Below, in pieces: positions 11,842 to 20,000 of a stretch of DNA of 20,000 nucleotides. The notes under the pieces were generated by a model. It was not told the DNA's origin. It saw nothing but the letters and a program-made list of their open reading frames with translations, and searched no databases. The position numbers and the translations under genes were made by a program. The stretch spans positions 28,144,770-28,164,769 of the forward strand of contig JBOZIK010000001.1 in the NCBI GenBank assembly GCA_051453625.1. The letters run 5' to 3'. Numbering within the stretch: the first letter of the stretch is position 1; every line of letters begins with the position of its first letter. The stretch is from Welwitschia mirabilis (taxonomy: Eukaryota).

Positions 11842-13399
11842 ATCCTTATCAGTCCCTAACAAAACCAAGTGAACAATCACATTAAGAACAAAATTGTCTA
11901 ATGATAAATCAATTAAAGAACTATGAATTAAGCTTAAAAATATTTTTAGAAATATTAAAACATGAAATTGAAATGTCAAAAATAGATAACTAAGCATTTC
12001 ATTTGTAAAGTACAATTGGTTATACTATCATCCTGGTGGTTGTCTAGATAATGTAAGGGATAACAAGCTCAAAAATTGATCTTAAAAAATAGAAGCCTAT
12101 GAAAATGTTTTCAAAAAGATAAACATTAAATGTATTGATGATTAATAGCACCCCTCTAAAATGTACATGAGATAAAGATAATCATGAATGATATAAGTAG
12201 TTCTCATGATAAAGTATACAAAATGCTATTTAAAAATATGCATAATAACTAGTAATAAAAGTCTACACTATGATGATACTTAACAAAAAAATTAATAATA
12301 TATGTATTTATATATTATAAGTTTTATATAATACATAGAGGTAAAGGTACAAAATAACAATAATAAATAGCAACTCCCCTCATTTGGTCATAACAAATTT
12401 CTAGTGGGTGGTAGGATCAAGTGTAGGAGGAGAAGAAGAGAATGCTCAAGATCTATAGGGAAATGATGGTTAACTAATGTCATAATAGTATGCTTCATTC
12501 ATATTTCTAAATTCTAACCTAGCAAATTTATTTGGAAGACATCATAAAGTCACTTGAGTAAAAATAAATGATATAACATACTGACTTCATAAAGTTCTAT
12601 TTAATAAGGTAGTAATTATGATAACACCAAAGATTAAATGCTTAGAACAATGAATAATAAGATCAAAATATGCTCAGAAATAAACTCACCTATTCACACC
12701 ATAAAATACACCCAAATCCTCAAAAGTGAAATGATGATGTGGGAATACTAAGAGTCTAATAAATAAGCAATGCCTTTGATGATATCAAGAAAACCACTAA
12801 TCCCATAAATTTAAAGTTTTATTACTACTTTTCATGATGAGGGGAGTGCAACCATAGTTAGGGAAGTAAGGACATATCTCCAACTGATCCCCAATGAAGT
12901 TCCCATAGGTCCTAATACTATTAAAGATTCCTTTCAAAAAACTTTACCCTAATGTGGTAACACATCATCGTGACCATGCATTTTAGCATAAATACAATAG
13001 ATCATGATTATTATTATCCCTCTCTCTTTTTCTTGTTAAACAAATAATTTTCACATGATCACACACTCAAAATATAAAGGTAAATAAGTGAGATAAAAGA
13101 GGAAAAAGAACACACCTAAACAACTAATGATCTTACACAATTAGGAAAAAAAAGAAAAAGAACCAATACATGTTTCTTCAAAATAAATTTTATATATATG
13201 TGAATATTTTAAGATTAAATGAATTCAATCTTTTCAATGTACAAATGCCTAAGTACAAATACTAGTTACAGAAACTTTATAAAGTGAACACATAAGTCAA
13301 GTTTAAAATATGTTTAAGTGATATCATGACATTTATCAAAGGAATAAGCTAAGAGAGAATTCAAACAATGATAAGATGGAAGTCTTCTCATTGATAGAA

Positions 13400-14690
13400 A
13401 CCTCTAAAACAATTATTTCTACCATATTCAAAGTTATATCGAAAGGTTTTTCATATATTTTTAACCTTTGTCTATTAACTTTCTAAGTCTTTTTAGTTTT
13501 TGTATTGGAAATCTCAATAGAGCCATTAGAATGTACTTTCTTTATAAGATAAAGACCCAACCATTTAGAGATCAACTATTTATATAAAATATGTACTCTA
13601 TTACTATATAAAAGAACAAGTTGATTTCGTTCAAACTTTTTATGAAGTAACTTTCTATTATGTTTGAACTTAGCTTGGGATTTCTAAATTAGTTAACGAT
13701 GTATAGCATGAGTATGTTTTTTATTTAGGTGATCAAATTAAACTAGTCTATGTTTAAGATTCTCATAAAGGTATACAAGATTAAGTTGATAAGCATAATG
13801 GTAAGAGTTATAACATACATTAATAGGTAAAACAGAAACTTTTCAGTATACAAGTTCAAAAGGTGAAAAACCAAGAAAATTATACTAAGTAATATGGTAA
13901 GTCCAAAGAACATTATTAAGCTTAGAATCTCAAGATTTGTTATTAATAGAGATAAGGTTTTGTAAATTTTTTTTCTATTTACATTTTTAGCTTAACCATT
14001 GATTTGTGGATAATAAGCATAAGCTACTCTATGTTCTATTCTAACAAATAAAAAAAAAGTTTTCTAAAAAGTTGAATAATAAAATAAGTTCCTTAACTGC
14101 TAATTATAATCCTTAAAAAACCAAAACATTAAAAGATATGAGTTCTAAAAAAGGTACAAATAGTGCAGACATCATTCATAAAAGTATAAATAGCTTCAAC
14201 TCATTTAGTAATATAATTAATAGCCATTAAAATGTAGTTCTTACTATTAGAAGGTAGTTTAATAAGGCCTATAAAATCAATTGTAAAATAATAAAAAGGT
14301 TCACATTTAAGAAGAGGTCTAAGAGACATCTCTTAAAAATGAATAAGGCTATTATAACATTAATAAGCATCACATCTTATAGTAAAATTAAAGAAATCCT
14401 GAAAAAGACTAGGATAATAAAAATCATAGTGAAGGACTTTTATAGCTATTTTCTATTCAATAAAATAACCTTCACAGATACCACCATGACAAGGATAAAG
14501 GATGTCTACATTTTCCCATTTGGGCAAACATTTTCATATGATTTGATTTTTGGACTTATGAAAAAGATGTGGATTTATCCATTCATAATTACCTATTATA
14601 TGGAGAAAGGATTTCCTTTAATTATAAGTCTAATGTTGTGGTGTTTTTAATGGTAACAAGTAATTAATAATTTCACCAAACTAATGAGAA
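13400..14690 (-). pseudogene. pol: Integrase of copy B (decayed), no chromodomain evident
   Basis: *FGEIINYL; ILYPCHGGICEGYF...IRCDAY* (HHCC relic); TIDFIG...NYILMAIN; HRVAYAYYPQING*A; LVLLYSNR...KWLGLY (GPY/F relic); KVNRQRLKIY. Confidence 0.9.
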
Positions 14691-14764
14691 AAATGAGTAA
14701 AAGGAATGGAAAAAAGTTATTCATCTAGAAAAGAAACATTAATCATAATATAATCAAGAGAAGA

Positions 14765-15135
14765 AGAAAGAAGTGACAAATGATCTACTATACTATTATT
14801 ATTTTCTTCTTTATTAATTATGATTAAATTGAATTTTTGCATGAGGATGATTTATCTAATAAGTCTAAAAGTAGAATTTTTCTTAATCATGATTGTTACA
14901 TGATCAATATAAACATTTATGTGAAAGCCTAAAATATAATGTCTAAGAATAGTAAAATAAAATATTATTACTAACATTTCTTTTTATATAGTAGTGTAAT
15001 ACATTTGATCTTTAAACAAAGTTTTACTATGATAAGATTTAATCTTAAAATCATTTTCATATTTTTATCTAAGAACCCCACCCATAGCAATGTTGCTAGC
15101 ATCACACATTAACTCAAAATCTTTATTCCAATTGG
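14765..15135 (-). pseudogene. pol: RNase H of copy B (decayed)
   Basis: NWNKDFELMCDASNIAMGGVL...YYTTI*KEML...VYIDH...RLIR*IILMQKFN...VDHLS. Confidence 0.92.
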
Positions 15136-15229
15136 CTTCATTATGATAGGTGTAGAATAGATTTTATCCTTAAGTATGTTAAAAGAATTTGACAAAATTC
15201 ATTCTAATCAAATTTAGATTTTTTTTTAA

Positions 15230-16230
15230 ATAAACAAGTAAAGGGGTTTATATATTTTAGCATAATCTTGAATAAACAATGATAGAAACTAGAATGATAA
15301 AGGAAAGATTGAACTTATTTTACATTTGTTGGAGGAGTTAGGTTTTCAATGATACTAAAATTTTTAGGATCCATCATAATTCCTTTATTAGAAATGTGAT
15401 GACCTAATACAATTCCATTATTAACTAAAAAGAAACTGTTCTCCTAACTCAAATGTAAACCACTGTCAATACATTTATTAAGGATTTTCTCTAACCTTTT
15501 TAAGATTTATTTAAAGTCTTCACCATAGATTGGAAAGTTATTCATAAAAATTTCAATTAAATTCTCTAACATATCAGAAAAGATACTTATAATCACACTT
15601 TAAAAAGTACCATAAGCACTACAAAGTTCAAAAAGCATGTGTCTAAAGGCAAACATTCCAAATAGTGAAGTAAAAGTAGTTTTGGCTTGGTTCTAACTGG
15701 TAATATAAACTTGATTGTAGCTACTATATCCATCAAGAAAGCAATAAAAATCATATCCTTGAATTTAATCAAGTATTTGATCAAGAAAAGGTAAAGGACA
15801 ATGTTATTTTCTAGTTACTTTATTTAATTTTCTAAAATCAATACACATTCTTCACTTCTTATCTTTCTTAGATACCAATATTAGAGGGCTAACCCACACA
15901 CTATTAACTATGGCATAAATAATTTTAGCATCCATTAATTTAAGGATTTCATCTTTTATGACTTGTTTAATGGTTGCATTTAGTCTACATTGGGGTTATC
16001 TAATAGGTTTTACATTATTCTCAAAGTATATTTTATGTTGAATAATAAATATAGGAATGGCTCTTAAATCTTTGGGGGATTAAGCAAATGCCTTAACTTT
16101 AGATTTCAAAACTGAGATTAAAATTAAATCTTATTAAGGGGAAAGATTCTTGTTTATTATCAAAGATTTGTTCTAATCATCACATAGAAAGATATATTTT
16201 AGTCCACTGGGTAAAGGTTTTAAATTTAAA
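15230..16230 (-). pseudogene. pol: Reverse transcriptase of copy B (decayed, many stops)
   Basis: LNLKPLPSGLKYIFL...WVSPL...*RMCIDFRKLN...HCPLPFLDQIL...YCFLDGYSSYNQ...KTTFT...IEIFMNNF (FMDD decayed by G-to-A)...GIVLGHHIS. Confidence 0.95.
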
Positions 16231-16599
16231 TTTAGATTTTTATTTTCTATTAAATTTTTATGAATATTAACTATCATCTCATACTATCATCTAGATGATT
16301 AGAGTGGATGACCTTCTTTAAAATAAGAAATCTCAATTTTGTTTAGATTTTGAACTTCTACACAGTTTATAGTTTTACTTTTCTACTATCTTAGATTAAA
16401 ATATTCAGTTCTTAAATGCTTACTTAAGTTGACTATCATCAAAAGCTTTCAAGTTTTCTACTTTAAGTGGATCATCAAATATGGTAGGCTCATAAAGCAT
16501 TAACTATCTTTTTTTAAGTGGATGATGTTGTAAAAATAGACTAGGCTTAATTTCTCCTTTAATATTCAACTCATTACCTAAAACCTTTTTAGCAACATC

Positions 16600-17079
16600 A
16601 AATACTCTAATGGTAAACTTTTATTTTCTAAGTGACATTCCACCATTCTAGTTCTACTATTAATAATACAATGGGATGTTGCATAACAGTCTCTACCTAG
16701 AAATAATGGATAACCTCTGTTATGCTCAACTTCAATTACAAGTTAATCTATTAGATAGAATGCTTCTTTAATTTGAATCACTAAGTCTTTTATTACTCCT
16801 AAATATTTCTTCACTAATGTACCTACTAATTTTAAGACAATCTTATAGGCTCAATTCTGCCTTTTAAACAAAGTCATTGACAAATGTGTAAAGGCATAAT
16901 ATTAACACTTGATCCTATATCAATTATAGCTTTTTTTATTCTTTTATTTTCTTCTAATGTGTTGCTAATAGTTGTTACCTCTAGATCCTTAAACTTTGAA
17001 CACTTTTTTAAAACTAAGTTGGTTATTAGTTGGGCTAGGAATCCTTTACTAGGTATAGTTCATTTTCATTTCCTTCTAA
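16600..17079 (-). pseudogene. pol: Aspartic protease of copy B (decayed)
   Basis: KAIIDIGSSVNIMP at ~16893-16933 and YPLFLGRDCYAT at ~16678-16713. Collinear with 7310-7810 in copy A. Confidence 0.88.
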
Positions 17080-17179
17080 NNNNNNNNNNNNNNNNNNNNN
17101 NNNNNNNNNNNNNNNNNNNNNNNNNNNNNNNNNNNNNNNNNNNNNNNNNNNNNNNNNNNNNNNNNNNNNNNNNNNNNNN
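17080..17179. other. Assembly gap (100 N)
   Basis: Run of exactly 100 N. Confidence 0.99.
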
Positions 17180-18032
17180 TCATCCATAAAAATGTTAATT
17201 GAATACCTTAACAAATTAGAAAAGATATTCATCATTGCATGTTAAAAACTACTAGGATTATTGCAAAGTTCAAAAGGCATGCATCTAAAGGCAAAAGTTC
17301 CAAATAATAAAGTAAAAGTAGTTTTAGCTTAGTCTTCACAAGTAATACAAAATCTAATTGTAATAAAAAGCATGTTCTTGACTTCTGTCAAGTATTTGGT
17401 CAAGGAGAGGTAAAGGACAATGGTTTTTTTTTGTTACTTCATTTAATTTTCTAAAATTAATACACATTCTTCACTTCTTACCTTTCTTAGGTTCTACCAC
17501 CAAAACGCTAATCCACTTACTATTCATTACAGCATAAATAATTCCAACATCCATCAGTTTAATGATTTCATTTTTTGTAATTTGTTTAAGGGCTTTATTT
17601 AGTCTATGTTTGGGTTACCTAATATGTTTTGCATTATCCTCAAGGTATATTTTACATTAGAATAATAGAGGTAGAAATGGATGTTAAATCTTCATGACCA
17701 AGCAAATGCATTAACCTTAGATTTCAAAAGTGAGATTAAAATCAACTCTTATTGAGGGAGAAGATTCTTATTTATTATCGGAGTTTTGTTCTAATCATCA
17801 CATATAAAGATATATTTTATCCCATGAGGTAAAGGTTTTAGATTTAAATTTAGATTTTTATTTTCTATTAAATTTTTATCAAAATTGACTATCATTCCAT
17901 ACTATCATCTAGATGGTAGTAGTGGATACAATAAGAAATCTTAGTTTTGTATAGCTTTTGGACTTCTACACAGCTTAAAATTTTCGTTTTTCTACTTTCT
18001 TCATTAAAATAGTAAGCTGACTATCATCAAAA
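17180..18032 (-). pseudogene. pol: Copy D: PR-RT linker and N-terminal RT fragment of another family member
   Basis: Direct homologue of 15540-16444: VEPKKGKK*RMCINFRKLN...HCPLPLLDQIL...TTFTLLFGTFAFRCMPFELCNNPSSF*HAMMNIFSNLLRYSINIFMD. Confidence 0.92.
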
Positions 18033-20000
18033 CACTATAAGAAATACAAGCTTGGCCTTAAAAAATGCCTTAAATGCTTTAATACATGTCTTCACAAAAC
18101 ACCTTAAACAACATCACCTTAAAAAGCCTACATGCTTTTAAGGAATTTCTAAGACATTTAAATAACAATGCCTTAAAAGGTCTTTTGAGGCATTTTTTTG
18201 AGAAATTCCTTAAAAGGCTTTTAAGGCATTTATTCGGTAAAACACCTCAAGTATTTTGAGGCATTTTTTTGAGGAATGCCTCAAAAGGCTTTTGAGTTGT
18301 TTTAAGGCGTTTTAGCACATAAACATCTCAAAAGCCTTCTGAGGTATTTTACCAAACAAATGCCTCTAACATACAACTAGGGAAAAAATTACAACAAAAG
18401 TTTATTTCCAATTAAGAAAAATAACATTGTTATTGTTATTTTTAACCAAACTACAGTACTAAGATTAGGGCTTGGATTTACTTAACTTGCTAGTTCTATC
18501 ACTTATCTTTGTAAAGATCAAAAAATAAAGTATTTCATAGAAGCATGTTAGCACTACCCATATGATCAGATGTGACTAAATTTGTTGGTTATTATTGGTG
18601 CCATATGATAGGGGAATTTCAAGAATAATTATAGAAAAAGAAAAAGTAACCAAGTTTTAGGTCCAAGATACTAGGAATAATTATCCTAAGACATTCTTAA
18701 ACCCATGATATCAAAATTAAAAAAAGTAAATTCCTTCATGTTGCTAATCCTACAGCTGCTTAGAGCTTTAGTTGGAGGAAAAACTACCTAACTTTGATAA
18801 TCTTTCCACTAATTTCATATAGCTAAAAAAATAATGAATTGAATGTAAGTAAATACATGCATTACTCAATTACTAAATGAGATTCTTCTTTTAATGTAGT
18901 CAATATAATTTAAAACTAAAACATTGTGCATCAGCCTAATCTAGAAACATCACTAAGTAACTTGTAAACCACCTAAACAAATACTAAAAATCAATAAGTA
19001 AAACACTAGTTATGAACTCCCCATTTCACAACAACTACTAAGATCAAATACACACACTGCAAAATGGGCAAGAATGAAACCAAAAACTAATCTAATAAAT
19101 GTCTGACACACTAGAAAATGGATAATAATGAGATTAAAAACTAATTTGGGCAATGTCTAAGACCTTAGAAAGAGAATGTAGGGGCTTTAAAATAGAGCAA
19201 GTAGACTTTTAAGTATTAGCAAATCCTTAAATAAGAATCTTATAAACTTATGTTATAGAACATAACAAACATATTACATCTTTATTTGAAAAGCCTACTT
19301 TGAAATATGTATTCATAGCAATTTACATTAATCTAATTCAAAGAGTTTCAGGATTCACCTGAATTAACTTACAACAAACACAATATATAAGAATGCAAAT
19401 AAACTTACAATAAACAAATGTATCTGTTATTATCTCCATAGCCTTTAATATCTTTGTATGAGGGACTAGTATGATAATTTTATTCTGCATTTCAAACACA
19501 ATATATAAGAATGTTCATCCTTAAAAGTACTATTCTATCAATTTCAATAAGAAAATAGAGCTTATTAAAGGACAAGCATGTTTAATGATAAAATAGATCT
19601 AAGATTGTTCCAACTCACCAACCATGCTTTATGACCCTGATAGCTTTCTGGATTGAGCTTTTTGATAGCAAGGACTCAATAAAAAAATTAAAATACTCAA
19701 GGAGAAGATATATATGTATGTCAAGAAGATCTATCATAAGAAGGAATCCTGGATAACTTTTGGTGATTTTTTTCCATAAATATCACCAATTTATAAAAGT
19801 CTTGTTTTTTATGCTTTGATGTTCTTTCATGTACTATATGTTTAATCTTTTTCTAGTTGGTGTATTCAATTTTGATAATTCCTTTGCATCTTTGAAGTGG
19901 TAAGCGATAGTATATAAAAAATAGATAGGTCTGCATGTGCCAATAGTTTAACTATAATCCTGCAAAAACAAGATAGAATACATCAAGATAAAAACAAAAT
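18033..20000. mobile_element. CACTA (En/Spm) DNA transposon, one terminus plus internal sequence; other end not seen
   Basis: Retro homology stops abruptly at CACTATAAGAAA (canonical CACTACAAGAAA), followed by subterminal repeats in both orientations. Assigning sequence beyond ~18370 to the element is inference. Confidence 0.75.
18055..18367. repeat. CACTA subterminal repeat array (AAATGCCT[CT]AAAA / TTTT[GA]AGGCATTT)
   Basis: Well over ten degenerate direct and inverted copies, e.g. aatgccttaaaaggtcttttgaggcatt and aatgcctcaaaaggcttttgag. Confidence 0.88.

Larger units (their letters stand above)
10567..17079 (-). mobile_element. Copy B: Athila-like element with decayed PR-RT-RH-INT and complete 3' LTR; 5' part lost in the gap
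   Basis: Domain order PR-RT-RH-INT (Ty3/Gypsy) on the minus strand, followed by the shared 3' block, PPT and LTR. Confidence 0.92.

Noticed and set aside
14339..14650. 103-aa plus-strand ORF with vague RT-like wording (FPFGQTFSY)
   Set aside because: Exactly antisense to the integrase zinc-finger region, which has much stronger motifs on the minus strand.
15593..15784. 63-aa minus-strand ORF
   Set aside because: Off-frame reading of the RT pseudogene. The true frame (FLDGYSSYNQ) is interrupted by stops.
16884..17189. ORFs running through the N gap (also 17035-17235)
   Set aside because: Artefacts of translating Ns. The plus one is antisense to protease, and the minus one joins D RT to B sequence across the gap.
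18055..18367. CRISPR-like or satellite array
   Set aside because: Repeats are ~13 bp, in both orientations and irregularly spaced next to a CACTA terminus in eukaryotic DNA.
1..20000. Species or lineage assignment
   Set aside because: Athila-like and CACTA elements point to a land plant, but nothing here identifies the taxon without a database search.

Overview
AT-rich, strongly CpG-depleted eukaryotic DNA, most likely land-plant heterochromatin, with two 100-N scaffold gaps. I found no intact host gene or RNA gene. Almost the whole window is a nest of old, C-to-T/G-to-A decayed copies of one Athila-like (non-chromovirus Ty3/Gypsy) LTR-retrotransposon family. Copy C is a plus-strand 3' end (about 184-2408). 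Copy A (minus, 2409-10566) has a tRNA-Asp-type PBS, gag-protease and a 3' extra 'env-like' ORF, but no RT/RNaseH/integrase. Copy B (minus, 10567-17079) has PR-RT-RH-INT and a full 1.26-kb 3' LTR, but has lost most of the extra ORF. Copy D is an RT fragment (17180-18032). Both LTRs of A are interrupted by family members (C and B). D is interrupted by a CACTA DNA transposon that starts at 18033. A degenerate ~40-bp palindrome recurs about a dozen times in the family. All calls come from by-eye translation and alignment, so most boundaries are approximate. I see no evidence for a wholly new biological system. The best leads are the family's architecture, its extra ORF, the LTR-in-LTR nesting and the palindrome.
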